A stretch of DNA of 64,000 nt, from contig NC_088862.1 in the NCBI RefSeq assembly GCF_963853765.1, forward strand, positions 24,180,001-24,244,000, in the 5' to 3' direction. The notes beneath the pieces were generated by a model. That model was not told the DNA's origin. It ran no database searches and saw only the letters and a list, made by a program, of their open reading frames with translations. A program made the position numbers and the translations under genes. Every line of letters starts with the position of its first letter. Position 1 is the stretch's first letter. This document shows positions 15,230 through 29,095 of this stretch, one piece after another. Origin of the DNA: Magallana gigas (Eukaryota).

Positions 15230-15745
15230 ATCGTCTGCTCGGCGAGGGGGCGGAGCCTCGATATGGCAGCCTGCCAGCGAATTTACATATAGCTGATAAA
15301 TTAATTACCAATTTACTTTCAACAGAATCGAGTAAAACTTTTCAATGAACGAAATTAATTTAAGGCAAATTTCATTGAAATAAATTTCGTAAAACTAAAC
15401 TGATAGAACTATCTCTTGAATCAGACGAGAAAGAAATGACTGTGTAAATATGTTGGCCTTGTCACCGTCGGCCATGTTGGATCTAGTCGGCAAGTAAATA
15501 TCTTTAATGTCGATGAATTTAGCATTCAATTTTCCAGGCTTAGAGATTGAATTCTACCAGATACTGTGAAAACAAAATTTTAAAACAAATCAGAAATTTA
15601 CCTACCTTTAACAGTCACGAGTTCTCTGCGTGAATTCTCTCACAGTCTTTACACTTCTCTAGGGTTCTATATCGTCGGTACATGAAAAAAAAATCCGTCT
15701 GATAACTCAGTAGGGTCACGTGACTCCGAGTAATTTATAAGGTTT
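15230..15745 (-). promoter_or_regulatory. Candidate Pol II promoter and first non-coding exon
   Basis: Minus strand: TATAAAT (15733-15739), palindromic E-box GTCACGTGAC, then exon-like sequence ending AAG|GTAGGT at 15606; YY1-like CAACATGGCC near 15470-15479; GC box GGGGGCGGAG near 15246. Confidence 0.4.
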
Positions 15746-16627
15746 TTGCTTTGAGGGGCTGGTTGAATTCTCATTTTAGCTGAAGAGAATGTTGAAGCGT
15801 TGACATGGAGAATAGCAGCGATAGTTTTGAGCCTGAATTTTTTCTAATGAAAAATTAATTCGTATTATATGAAGTTTTCGTTGATTATTATTATTTTTTT
15901 TAATCTTTTAGTTTACAGAAAGAAATGACAGCCTTTTCACACACAATGGCCATTCATTCAATAGATCGGTGCAATGTTCTCGTATTTTCTCGTAAATTTT
16001 TAAACGAGCTACACATTACCCTTGTGAAAATGACAAAAGGTGTCAGTAGATGTATAAACGTACATACTTGAAGACATGGCGGGTTAAAGCGAATTTGCGT
16101 TATAAACCCGTGACGGAAATATGTTGCTAGACTCTCGGAAGAAACCCTTCAGTTTAGGCATGTAATTATTCCCCGTACCTGCTCTGCCTATATCAATTTT
16201 TAGATGAGAAAAAAAACCCCACTGCTAAATATTAATTGCAAAAAATTTCTAACGATGATTACGAAAAAAAACTAATTAAGGATCAAAATTCAATTTCCGA
16301 AATTGTTGTCAAATATTATTAAAGGAAAGTTTAATTGATTTCTTAAAAAATTCTATTTATATATTTTCTATACTTTTTTGGGTCTAGCTCCAATAAATAG
16401 TTTACATGTATGTATTCGAGTGGGCCGGGTTGATTTCGTGGAACAAAAATGGGTTAATTGTTTAAAGCAATATGGGTTTTAACAAATTCGCACAAAGCCC
16501 CATTATATGGCCATTATGTCACACAACATACACATATACACAAATACACACATGCAAGGCCATGCTTGTCTGTCATTGTTGCAAATCTCATATATATGTG
16601 TGCACCAGTAAACTTTTTCAGTGTTCG

Positions 16628-16630
<3 letters not shown>

Positions 16631-16668
<38 letters not shown>
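16631..16668. repeat. (GA)n microsatellite
   Basis: Perfect run. Confidence 0.97.
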
Positions 16669-16670
<2 letters not shown>

Positions 16671-17226
16671 CATGTTGTTTGTATATAAATTCTTTCTCTC
16701 TGTCTGCCACCGTATGGATCTTTTCTCCGAAACTTTGCAGCTTGATATCCATTACCAAGACGATATCTAGATATCATCTACAAACAATACCATCGATATT
16801 ATCCTTGCCCTTTCTAGCATTTTTACCCTCTAAGTCGCTGAAATTTTGAAATGTTAATCTATATTATATTTTATATTTCAACCATTTGTTCATTTCAATC
16901 ACTTGAACAAATTATGGAAGGGGTTTTAATGGTATTAAGATAAATGACGTTTGTTGTTTCTACTTAATTGATAAATTAAAAAAAGAAAATCGAGTACCTG
17001 ATTTTTAAGAGCATTTAATCGAACATTTACTACGTTGTAATTCTGAGTGGCTTTAACAAAATCTGAAGTTCGTTGTAGTAGAAAATGAAAATTGGTTTTA
17101 TAATAAATTACCTGTCATAAAAATATAAAAATAGTTTTGCTCTGTAGAGAACAAAAATACGGTGTACTAAGTCTACATTTGAGTACAATATTTACTGAGT
17201 ATTATACTAAATAAATTTCGTTTAAC

Positions 17227-17227
<1 letters not shown>

Positions 17228-17293
<66 letters not shown>
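17228..17293. repeat. (CT)n microsatellite
   Basis: Perfect run. Confidence 0.98.
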
Positions 17294-17296
<3 letters not shown>

Positions 17297-18333
17297 CAAC
17301 TTTTACTTTCCATAAAATTCCCTCGAAATTCAAATCGACATCTACGCCATGAATTGTTACAAAAATAATTTCTATTGTAAGTTTAGCCAATTACATGTAC
17401 AGATACCGTACAAATCCGAGAATTTCTGATTTTTGTAGTAAGCAAGCATCGGGCGGAGAAAAGTGTGTGTGGGGGGGGGGGGGGGGGTGAGGGGTGAATC
17501 GAAAGAAGAAAGAAAAAAATGTGAAAATAATTACACGCAGACAGGTAAGTCCAAACAAAATCGAGGGGATAAAGATCAGCCTGCTTTTGACACCTTTTGA
17601 TTTATACTTATAAAACCTTCCTATGATTTTACATGCTCTCGCCGACAGATTCGCCACTCGTAACATGCATTAAGAAAGGCCCGCGGGGTCCGAAGGCCTT
17701 TTGCACACAGTTGTTGACATGGCGAGAGTGAAAGAGATTAGTCCCGTGTTCCAATAGATGACAACTCCATTTAATCGGGTATATACACTACTACACCCAT
17801 TCAAAAGCCTGGCCAAGGATTTTCCACAGTTCATTGCTCGGTTTAACGCCGGAGATAAGAGTATAAGAAGATTGGGGGGTGGTGGTTGTTATTTCATGTA
17901 CAACTTGATTTTGGCCAAAAAAACTAGTTGAGATATAATACACATGAAATGCCAAAAAAAACTACATGTAGTTGAGATATAATACACATGGAATTAAATA
18001 AATATTGTGTCTCTTAAATCTAAAACCGTAATTAAAAAAATTATCAAATTGCGAATACGTTGTCATCTTGAATGAAATTCATTATTCTTAATGGTTGTTT
18101 TTTTTTTTTTCGTAGAAAATGATGATTCCATCGTATTAGTATTCCAATAAAAAAAAAAACAACTTTGAAAAGTACGTCGCATTTACGATCCCTATTGGGT
18201 GACTTACAGGAGCCATAACTTTTCTGCGATAAAATTTTTTGTTTACAAACTTTCGGTTTTTGGGGGGGGGGGTTTCATATCTAGCAGCGTTAGATGCTAT
18301 TTTGCTTTGAACATTGTTCAAGATATTAAATAC

Positions 18334-18337
<4 letters not shown>

Positions 18338-18396
<59 letters not shown>
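18338..18396. repeat. (AG)n microsatellite
   Basis: Perfect run. Confidence 0.98.
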
Positions 18397-18399
<3 letters not shown>

Positions 18400-20432
18400 A
18401 GCCGTGCATTGTAGTATGCGGCAACAAGGCTGCTTATCTCAGTTTGCAAACACGTTGTTAGGGTATATATATAATATACCTTGGTTGAGGCCATTAGACC
18501 ATTAAACCTCGATGAGGTTGACCCCAAAAACCACAAGCACAACCACCAACAGCCAAAGAGACTTGCCGCAAAAAAAAGCATTCTATGTGTGATCTAATCT
18601 AGACACTGGTTCGGTGGAAATTATTTCCAAATGGATTCACATGAATGGGCCTGCATATCATGTTCACGTTGTGGCAACACGGGTTCTTGGTATTTGTTTA
18701 CTGTTCTTCAATGAAATGCTTTTTAAACTCCGAATTCAAATTAATTTTTTTTTTATACCAAAGATGAAGGATTTTTTTTCAGTCGTTTCATGATCTATTA
18801 TTTGCCTTCTGCAATAGAAAAACCTACACCTGAGAAATGCGCCTACCTATGCAAATTATGATATACCAAAATATAATCTTTTCAGACATCTTTTTTTTTC
18901 TAATTTATTGCCGAAACACTATCCTGATGCGATATGATACGACGAGAATAAAAACGTCCAATAAAATAGGGAAAATTATTATATGATATATGAGAGAGTT
19001 TTGCGAGTATAATTTTATTTTAAGTTTCTGTATTTAACAACAATGTTAAAAACATATAAAACCCCCACGAAAAACAGCTGCTATTTGGATTATTTGTGGA
19101 GAAAAAAAAAAAAAGAAACCCACCCAAAATACACCAAGGACGACATTATCGTTTTCCATATTAAATATCTCAATGTGTAAAATTCATGAGGAAGAGTTAT
19201 TCGACCTGATTTTATTATTCCTAATTACACCGATATACAATTGGAATTCCAATACTTCGCTCAAGGTGTAGACATCTGTTTAATTCTGCCATATTACTTG
19301 CATTGTTATTACTTTATTTGCAATAGAAATCAAAGTTATGCAAAACATTTCTTGAATTTAAAAACAGAATTCAAAAGACAGAAATTAGGAAGAATCTGCT
19401 TACCTGTATATGTTAAAAAATTAAAAATTAATTGCAAGGGGAAAAAATCTCTATATACCAGTGTGATATGAACTTTCGTCATAGAAATAATTGGAGATTC
19501 TATTTTTATATGGAACCTTGAGAAATAGTAATTAATCAAAATTTCTAGTGCATTAAGACTATCACGTGGACGTACCAATTGTCTTGTGAACAAAACGCAC
19601 TTCCGTTTTGTTTGAAATAATGCTTCATGGTATTTCAGTATAATATGTCAATGTGTCACACTATTATAAATATACGTTCTAATCATCCATGTATAGTTAA
19701 TGAATTAAGAGGGATGGATGGATGTGGCCATTTTTGTACTTTATTAATCTCCTACATTAGAAGAGTGCTGTAAAAATATAAAGATAAAAATTACGAATTT
19801 CAAAAGGCTAAAATATTTGGAATTTTTCTTGGTTCCAGAATAATTTATGGGTAAAAAAAAAAAGTTGTGAAAATATGTAACTTAAAGATCTTAACAGATC
19901 AATAGATCAATTGATTGATTATTCAGCATCCTTAAGATAAAATTGTAGTTTAGAAATCTTTACGCGCCAAAAAGTCTTAGTGGAATAAGTCCAAAAATAT
20001 GTTTATGTATCTTATTGTTTGAACTCCGTTCTCAATACCCCAAGAATGATATAAATCATTAGAAATACAAGATCAAAGCATTATTTTCATTATATGAATC
20101 ACGTTTCGTTCATTTGCACTCCAAACGGAAGTGAGGCATGATCAATCTCAATGATCACAGCAGATTAATAAAATTAATTTCAGTGACACCAGACTGTACA
20201 GGTTGTTTTTTTTTTAAAATGTTGTCAACTTGGAGTGCATATAAATGTTTCCAAGTTTCAAAAACAGCACAACAATTTACAACGTGTGGTGAAAATGAGA
20301 AAAAAGGAGAGAGAAAAAGTTATTCTTTCGTGCATACAATTTTTTTAAAAAATAAAACCGCCTTAAGTTTCCAATTAAACTTTTCATAATAAAAATTTTT
20401 CGGATAGATAATAATTTTTAATTATCTGAGAC

Positions 20433-20498
<66 letters not shown>
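20433..20498. repeat. (GA)n microsatellite
   Basis: Near-perfect run. Confidence 0.97.
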
Positions 20499-20502
<4 letters not shown>

Positions 20503-20809
20503 AAAATAATCAGTTAATAGCGGATTTAGATTTTACTATATCAAAAACCGATGTCCCCATATGATGTTCATATGATGCACTTTCGTAAGAACACGTGACT
20601 GTCTATATATAAATTCATTGACTAATTATGAATAACTTCCTATCCTGAATAAAAAAAAAAACCATTGATCACCATTAATTACAAACCTGCTTAAAATTTT
20701 AAATGTTTCATTTCATTGATAAATTTTAAAGCAAAAAATGGAAATGTTACAAGTTCGCGACGAGCCAAACTTGACTTGAATATTTAATAAGATATTTATC
20801 TTTAAACAA

Positions 20810-21165
20810 ATTCAATTCAATTCAATGGTTTATTGACATCACCATGTTGGCATACAGTCAAAATGAAATCAAATGACAGACAAAAGAAAATTGTAGCATA
20901 AAGGCTACAGCATGCAAGACAGTTTTATACAATACTTCATAGTCCCTGGAACTGTTTTCTCTGAATAAAACATTTATCCAAGTAGATACAAAGACGTTTT
21001 GTAGTATTATAATCACATGGATTAACAATTTCTTTTATGGGATCAAAACCACAGTACAATTCATCATTGAAAATATCACAATAATGAAATCGAAGATTGT
21101 CATACACAGGACAGTAAAGTGCAAAATGTTTTTCATTTTCGACTAATAAAAAACAAATAATAAAC
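20810..21165 (-). mobile_element. 5'-truncated LINE 3' end (CR1/L2-like), ORF2 C-terminus plus (TTGAA)n tail
   Basis: Minus-strand peptide ICFLLVENEKHFALYCPVYDNLR...KQFQGL* resembles the C-terminal Cys/His motif of non-LTR ORF2; followed by a 3' UTR with aataaa and (ttgaa)x3. Confidence 0.8.
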
Positions 21166-24100
21166 AAATAGATTGAACCATGCTGTATCATGCATTCAAA
21201 TATTAATCACTGAGCATTTGACTTAATAAATTAAAAAAAAAAATGCTAAAATTGTTTGTCATTTATCACAGAGTCGGTCAAGGTCAAAAAAGGAGGAGGA
21301 AAAATCAGATTATAGAACATAAAAAACAAAACAAAACCATAAACAACCCCCCCCCCCCCCCCCCCAAGCACCATAATCCCCCTTTAAAAAAAAAGCAAAC
21401 CACAACTGCATTGCTTTTATTATTTATTACATGCATAATTCTTTATTTAATTCATACTCTTTTAGATACTATATTCTCCCTATATGCACTTCAGTATTGA
21501 TCTTAATGAATTTTCTGTTGAAAAATATCTTCAAATTCTATTTAACCCTCCCTAAGAATTTCAACGGACATTCTGAACATAGATTTACATTTGAAAATAG
21601 GTGCTATTATTGTGATATGGGAAAACATTGAAATATGAAAACTGTGATCTTTTTTTCTCTGCTTAATCATAGTTCATAGCATAAAAATCACATGATGATA
21701 AAAAAGTAAGGTTAAACTAATGGCTAATTTATTGACCACATAATATCCTTCATGAAAGAATTTAATTTTCTTTTATTCTCGGTCCTCTACAGCTCAAAAC
21801 TTTTATCAAAATCGGCATTGGATATTTATAATTAAGACATTTAGATGATGTGCACTTCTCAATTTGACAGTTACAATTTATACATTGCTGATTAATTACG
21901 TTAGTCATGGCCATACACATTCTGCTTTGTTCGTTAGCTGGCAATAAATAATTTTAATGTTCATTAATCTTATCCATCTTTATCTTTTTTTGCAGCTCAT
22001 TTTTCAAACTTGAAAAATCGTTAAAAAATTGATTAAGCTTTTAGGGTGTTTTTTTTTTCATCATAAACTATAAGATGAAAAATCAGGGGAAAGCCCACTC
22101 TACATTTAAGATGTTATTTTGAAAAAAATAATTTTAAACGAATTTTATTCCACTTTGATAATTCTTGCAAAGTTGGAGTATTATTATTAATGGACAAAGA
22201 AAGAATCATTATTTTGTTAGAGTTATGCGAAAATTTATACGGAAAAAATTCAGGAGTTATTTGACTCATATAATTAAGCGCATCGTTAGTACATGTATTG
22301 ATTATAGAATTTATATACATGTTTATGACATAAAGTTTATGTTATCATCATTAAAAAAGATATACAAAATTCGAAACATCATGTTCGTTTTCATATGCCC
22401 ATTCCTATTCTTCTACGAGGTTCCCAAATAACACCGTTGAAAGAAATGTATCAATTATATAACGTGACTGTATGCAACTATTCTAGTTATTTTACAATTT
22501 TCACACTATCTAAATAATGAAACATATTCATATATCTATAGGGGTTGTTCCTATAATATGCATTTAATAAATGAAAAAATTGTACAAATATTTGTAATTT
22601 CAGCATCGCTTTTGCAATGTCAATCTTTTTTTTTGCGTTAACCATTATCTATATCTGTAGTAGATTATGTGAATACATTCTTCTTTTATATCTATTCAAG
22701 TAGTATCATAAACAAAAATAATCAACCAAATTTATGTTTGATAAATAACATCAAGCCTCAATATCCATGTTACTACCAATGACCCGCATTTTTTTTTGTC
22801 TTTTTTTTTTTAATTGATGATAGTTACAAAGGAATTGGAACATTCCACAAAAATGTATAACTTTTGCCTGGTTTCCAAATCTGATTGATTTTTTTTTTTT
22901 CAATAAAAATATGTTGAACCGGATAATTAATCTCAGCCAGGTGATATCGATCCAGTAATACTTCTACATTCCGCAAGTAAAGCGCTTATCGCTAGCGTAT
23001 AGTGGAGTGTATTCTACAAGTATATTCACCTTTATAGACGAAGGGCTCTATATAAGATATAGGAATATGTTAAAATTTTACAACTATTAAAGTATTTGGA
23101 ATTTGTTTTTTTATATTCAAAGATAGTTTATGGCTAAATATTATAAGATTTGAACGTTTAGGACTGATCTAAAAAGTAATTTGTTGTTCACCCAGCCTTC
23201 GGAATTAAAAAAATACAAAACGACCACAAATATTTTTTTAGAAATATGTTTGCACATACTCCCCAAAGGACACAGATATCTACAAATACTTCGACAAAAG
23301 AATTCACAAGTACTGAAACAAATCTTGAACGCTAATTCCGATAAAGAACAAGCTTTAGGGTCCTGAATAAAATAAAATGCACCAAATCAAATCCAATGGC
23401 ATCAGTGCCACACCACTGGAATGCTATATATATATTATATATATATCGACAATTGCTAATGTTGTGACATTAAAAGGCATGTTACACGCTACTGACCCAA
23501 TTCCGTCAAAAAATTGCAATGGATGACAATAGGAAACACCACGCGACATTTTTTTCACTGAGGGACTTACACCTCAACCGACTCCATGAATATATTACCC
23601 TGAAGGGAATACACACGTGAAGTTAAGCAGACTTTTCATATTAAGTATCTTTTATTTCTCAACTCTGATATTTTCTCATAAATTTCACGTGAAATTGTTT
23701 TATGCATAAAAGTGTAATTAGACTAATTATTTATTTCTGTGGTTCAGGTGTAATATTTTATGCAGAAAAAAAATTAATCATAAGTAAAAAAATTCAAATC
23801 ATTTTTAATGCGAGTTTTTTGTACGCGTGGCACATTTTTGATAAGAGTTGAACAATGCCCAATGAACGATTAGTTTGTATCATCACCGATTCATTCGAAC
23901 TAATAAATGAACGAGGTAAATGTAACATAAATGTAATATAGAATTTAATGTAAACCTAATGGAGGGTTTCTGATAAACACCAGTTTATGTGGAGTTGAAT
24001 TAACGATATGTTTGTCTTGAGATTCACGTCCCCTATAATTAACGTGTTGCAAGTTTTTTCTATGCATTTTATTTAATTGTTAGTTTTATGTGCAGTTAGC

Positions 24101-24186
24101 TAAGCCTATAACTAACGTCAAAATCGCTTTGCATGATTTTGTTTGTTTGATATGTTTTCCGTAAGATTAATGTAGGGTTTATGTAA

Positions 24187-24850
24187 GATTACGTTGCAGT
24201 AATTTTTTTGTACGATTACGTTGCAGTAGTTTTTTTGTAAAATTACGTTGAGTAAGTTTTTTGTACGATTTCGTTGCAGTAAGGTTGTTTTTTTTGTAAG
24301 ATTAAGTAATTTTCATGTTGATAACGTTCAAGGTCAGGTTTTTCGAAAAGCGGTTAACCTTAAGACACCGTGTTAACTCTGTGTTAAAATCAGTGTTACA
24401 TTTAACCACATGGTTAAATGTTTTTAAAAAGTGGGTGAGAGTTTAACCAATGTGTTAGTTAATCAGTGGTTTTAACACGTCGTTTTCCTTAACACGGTGG
24501 TAATTGTAACCACCTATCGAAAAACCAGATCCATTAAGTTTATGATGGATGACGCCCAGTAAAGTCATTACGTTGCAGTTGCAATGTCTTATTTATGATT
24601 ACGTTGCAATAAGTGTTTTTTTATGATTACGTTGCAATAAGTGTTATTCATGATTACGTTGCAAGAAGTGTTATTAATGATTACTTTGCAATAAGTGTTA
24701 TTTATGATTACGTTGCAATAAGTGTTATTTATGATTACGTTGCAGTTGCAATAAGTGTTATTCATGATTACGTTGCAATAAGTGTTATTCATGATTGTGT
24801 TGCAGTTGCAATAAGTGTTATTTATGATAACGTTGCAGAAAGTTTTATTT
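24187..24850. repeat. 27/33-bp minisatellite (core GATTACGTTGCA) in two blocks, 24187-24305 and 24566-24850
   Basis: Unit gattacgttgcaataagtgttatt(t/c)at; some units carry an extra gttgca. Confidence 0.92.
24334..24529. mobile_element. MITE with imperfect TIRs lying between the minisatellite blocks
   Basis: tcaggtttttcgaaaagcggtta...ccgtgttaa vs reverse complement of right end tctggtttttcgataggtggtta...ccgtgttaa. Confidence 0.65.
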
Positions 24851-25236
24851 ACAATCAATCTTTCGTAAAACCAATTACAATTAGTTTATTCTTAGTGTAG
24901 GTACAGGAAGTTTGTAACAAGTTGTCTATGCAATTAGTTCCTCGTAAGCTTAGTGTAAAGTTAGTCAGTAGCAGTTCGTCGCATGTTAATATGAAATAAT
25001 ACTTTGTTTTATGATTAATGTACAAAGAGTTGTGAAAATGAATGAATTGATTTAATATGTTATTGTAATAAACTTTAAGTGCGATTAAAGTTTTACATGT
25101 GATTATATAGTTTATCTTTACATTTCAATCATTTATGATAAGATACTCCCCATAACTCTTTTTCCTTATTTAACCATTTTTATTTATGTTAAATCAATCA
25201 AACGCAAAAGTATCAAAAAATAAATGAAGCAGCCAG

Positions 25237-25426
25237 CTGGATGAAGCTCTGCCATTAAGTCAAATAAAAAGAGACTGAAATGTAATTTAAAGGAAACTCA
25301 AAATGTAATACTATGCCATTCAGTCAACTAAAATATGACTGAATGGCATAGTTAAAATGTAATTCAGTCACCATTCCAGACTCTTTCAGTCATCAGTCAG
25401 TTGACTGATAGCAGAACTTCATCCTG
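25237..25426. mobile_element. MITE, TIR c(t/a)ggatgaag.tctgc
   Basis: ctggatgaagctctgccattaagtcaa / ttgactgatagcagaacttcatcctg; a solo end of the same family ends at 53547. Confidence 0.7.
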
Positions 25427-25480
25427 TGTACTATTCCTACTCCTATATACGCTCAACCATTGGTTTTTTTTTCCAGATAA

Positions 25481-25526
25481 GTCCTATGTTACGGTAGGCG
25501 TTGGCACGATAAAGAACCCCTCACTG
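25481..25526 (+). mobile_element. Short fragment of a bivalve SINE-like repeat
   Basis: gtcctatgttacggtaggcgttggcacgataaagaacccctcactg resembles a common oyster SINE body (recalled, not searched). Confidence 0.4.
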
Positions 25527-27247
25527 ATCAGTATCCATAGACACGTATATTTCTGATTTTCAATGGATTGTTTTACATAATAAGCAGCAATATATTCAAA
25601 TACAAATTTCCTTATAATGTTTTTAATTCTTTGGAGCAGAATTAAGTTTTTTTCTTCTTCAAATATGATTGTTGGATGCAGGGATAACATTACTTGATCC
25701 TTGGTGACGGCATTTTCATGGTACGTATTTGACACTTGTATTATTTTCGAGTTCATTCGAACAACAGAAAACAAATAATCCAAAATTAAAGCCGGTTCAC
25801 TCGGCAATCTCGGCAAACAAAACGACAAATAAAAACTAATAGACACGTTGTCACACACTACACGGTCTTTGAGATAGATATAAAGTACATATGAAATTCA
25901 ATTTGGAAATTAGAAAAAAATATTAATTGGTTTATTAGGCTGAGTTTTCGATGTTGTTATATTTATGCTTATTACACCATGTACTGTTTAGATAATACTT
26001 ATCTATTCATTTATAAAATGAATAGATAAATAAATGATAAATGAACTGCATATAATGATTGACCCCGTGTACCATTTCATGGTTTGAGCGAGTTATCCTC
26101 AATTCAATTTTCTTCGTTATTTTATGCAATTAGATAAGAAAGTGACGAAATTGCTTTCTTGTTTCTTTTGTGTGGTAAACTAATTAGCCATTAGATCTAC
26201 CTTGAATGAAATCTTTAGATATGATTTTTGAAGCAATAAACGACCAGCATTATTAAACAAAGAAGAATTCCATGTGTTTTAGCTTTAAATTTTGAGCGTT
26301 TTAGCTTTTTTTCTTAAGAAATCTATTTAGTATAAAAACTCCATTTCTTTTAACCATCAACAATACTAGACATGGTTTAAATTATGTTTTATATAAAAAA
26401 AAAAATAATTTTCCAAAATAATCTATAATTAAGTCATGACTCAGAAAGTAGATTTTTTTATGATCATTCACTGCATTGCCCAATTCATATAGCTGAAGCA
26501 AAATACAATCGATAAAATACTTAACATTCGATATCCTAATTTTCCTTGTTTGGATATTGATATGAAAATTAAATAATAGAAATATCTGTATAACCTATCA
26601 CACTGTGGGTATTATTTGATTGTGATAACATTATAATCAATCACAAGATTTTTTTAAAGTACAACAAGAATCTTCTTTTTTTCGTCAGGTGACACGCAAA
26701 TTTTTTTTAAACTCGACTCAAGGATCTGTCATTGCAAACATGTGTTTGCTAAATACAGGTAACACAGATTGCCCGATATTTTCTAAGCCTTAAATCAAGT
26801 TTTTACTCCAACGGGCATTCATTGAAAGTTTTTCAACACGATCGAGCAATAAATGGCAAGAGTTTGGTCATTCTTTATACAAGTGCTAGCTGTGTGACGT
26901 GTGTAAACACAGCCCCATTGTCATGCATTGAAATTCCAATGTTTCCTTTTAAAGGGTCTTTATCAACCACTATATCGGGTTTTTTTTTAATTATGTTTTA
27001 TTTCAGGGCTGTGTTTAACCGCACAAGTAAGATTGTCAGAGTGTGAAAGATTTCTTTTAAATAAAGATAAACTAGATTTTTGAATTCTTTTTAAAACCAT
27101 GTATTTAATGCAAAAACTTGATGTTTGCTTAAACCTGTGTAACTCTTTCATAAACTAGATAGAAATATGCGCATATTTTATACACTTAGGTAAACACCTT
27201 ATGCTTGCCATTAAATACAAGAATTTATTGACTCATAAACGGGTTTT

Positions 27248-27250
<3 letters not shown>

Positions 27251-27279
<29 letters not shown>
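27251..27279. repeat. Poly(A)29
   Basis: Homopolymer. Confidence 0.97.
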
Positions 27280-27281
<2 letters not shown>

Positions 27282-28228
27282 AATAGAATAAAATATAAAA
27301 AAAATATATATATTCAATTCATAATTCATATGGAGTGAAAGGTGATGTCCAAAAAAAGGGAATTAAGAAAATTCCACATTTTCAAAATTCGCTTATTCAC
27401 AAGCACTTTCTGGATTTGAACCTTCGTCTTCAAATGAACGTACATAACTTATCTGTGTGTACGGATAAATATAATTACTCGTATTAATTTGGTTTAGTTA
27501 TAAACATATTAAAAAACCAAACGAAATGGTTTGGCGCTGCATGTATTGTGCTCTACGTGTCAGCAGAAAAAGACTCAATTTCATGCCACCTGGGTTTTTT
27601 TATGCATTTGAAGATCGTTGAATGACACCATATTGATTTATCATAATTAGCATTATACGATGAATAATAAATTGATGCTGTTTAAAAATAAATCAACATA
27701 TTTTTAATGAACTATTCATTGTTTATTGTCCCTAAGGTTTAGGTCATTTATGGTGTATAGCCTTTTTGTACTTAAGCTACGGTATATAATAGAACATTAA
27801 AAGCACAATGTTTTTATAGCTAACATCTTAACGTTTATCTTGAAAGCTATACTTTTTTATGTGATATCTTTTGCTCATCTTTTCCTCTTCCCTGTCATTC
27901 CCAATGAAATCTCGATACATATCTGCTTGGTAATAAATGGCATGTAACTTTGAACAACATGTGCATGTACTCTAAACCGAATAATTTTTAAAATAATTTT
28001 TTTGTTTATTTTTTTTCATTTTAGGGAGGGGAGTGTGACTGAAGTGAAGCCCAGGTCAGGCAAGTAGTATAGGACATGTATACTTTGAATTCGATGATTT
28101 GATCGATTTCAGTTATATTGGGGGGGGGGGGGGGGTGACGTATACAGTTGATTTGACTCTCACAGTACGTCAAACGGGGAAGTCAGATTTTATCTTGTTT
28201 TAATGTGTTAAGAAGTCGGTCAACAAAT

Positions 28229-28480
28229 TAGAACCATTTTAACAAGGCCTTGGACTTTCAGTAGGATGTAACTATCTATTTTTGCGTCAAACCAAGTTAA
28301 AATGACGCTGATTTCAAAGGAAATATACACCGATTGCTTAGTTTTCGCTTAAAAGCCAGACAAATCTTGTTGATTTCAAAGAGCTGTGACCGAGTGGCCT
28401 ACAATGAAATAGACAGGCCTACGTCACAACGCCGATTGACATAACTTTCCAAAGTCCAAGCTCTTGTTAGAATGGTTCTA
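28229..28480. mobile_element. TA-bounded MITE with 30-bp TIR
   Basis: tagaaccattttaacaaggccttggacttt / aaagtccaagctcttgttagaatggttcta (3 mismatches); internal aaaagccagacaaatcttg(tt)gatttcaaagagc recurs at about 40839 and 48335. Confidence 0.7.
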
Positions 28481-28888
28481 CCTTTACAAATTTTAAAGCT
28501 ATACTAGTAAACTATGATTTAGCAAAGAAAAACCTAAGAATTTTAATAGTTTCTTATGTCTTACTACAGACTGATATCTTCTGAAGGAGATTGATATATT
28601 AGTCTAAAAATGGTCTCGACCATCCAGTCCTCTTAATGACTTAAGTCATACAGAAACTGTGAAAGAGGCTCTCCTCAGTATGAATTCCCTTTGCAGCTAG
28701 TACGATCGAATGACTAAGTTTATCGTCAACTCAGAGCATGGCAATGACCTAAATCGCATCTGTGTTTACCATAAGAGGCTATTTCAAAAAAAAGAAAAGA
28801 AAGGATGAATGTATTGCGACGTGAATCATTCAGAAAACAAGCCTTATTCATAAAACATGTGACATGTATTCATAATATTCATAATACG

Positions 28889-29095
28889 TGTGATTATAAT
28901 ACTACAAAACGTCTATGTATCTACTTGGATAAATGTTTTATGCAGAGAAAACAGTTCCAGGGACTATGAAGTATTGTATAAAACTGTCTTGCATGCTGTA
29001 GCCTTTATTTTACAATTTTCTTTTGTCTGTCATTTGATTTCATTTTGACTGAATGCCAACATGGTGATGTCAATAAACCATTGAATTGAATTGAA
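28889..29095 (+). mobile_element. Second, shorter LINE 3' end with (TTGAA)3 tail
   Basis: About 97% identical (6 differences counted in about 207 bp) to the reverse complement of 20810-21017. Confidence 0.85.

Noticed and set aside
15394-15605. MADGDK... ORF after a strong acceptor at 15564
   Set aside because: Only 26 codons, no good donor, and joining it to the 15606 donor would need a 42-nt intron.
18404-18415. GTGCATTGTAGT equals the first 12 nt of miR-33
   Set aside because: The match stops after 12 nt and sits across the loop of a tiny hairpin; no pre-miRNA geometry.
13247-18581. SLSLSL and ERERER ORFs
   Set aside because: Derived from (CT)n/(GA)n microsatellites.
24589-24900. ORFs with NNTYCNVI / DYVAISVI repeats
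   Set aside because: Translations of the 27-bp minisatellite.
25484-25858. 124-aa minus-strand ORF
   Set aside because: No recognisable domain, AT-rich codons, and it ends in a SINE fragment.
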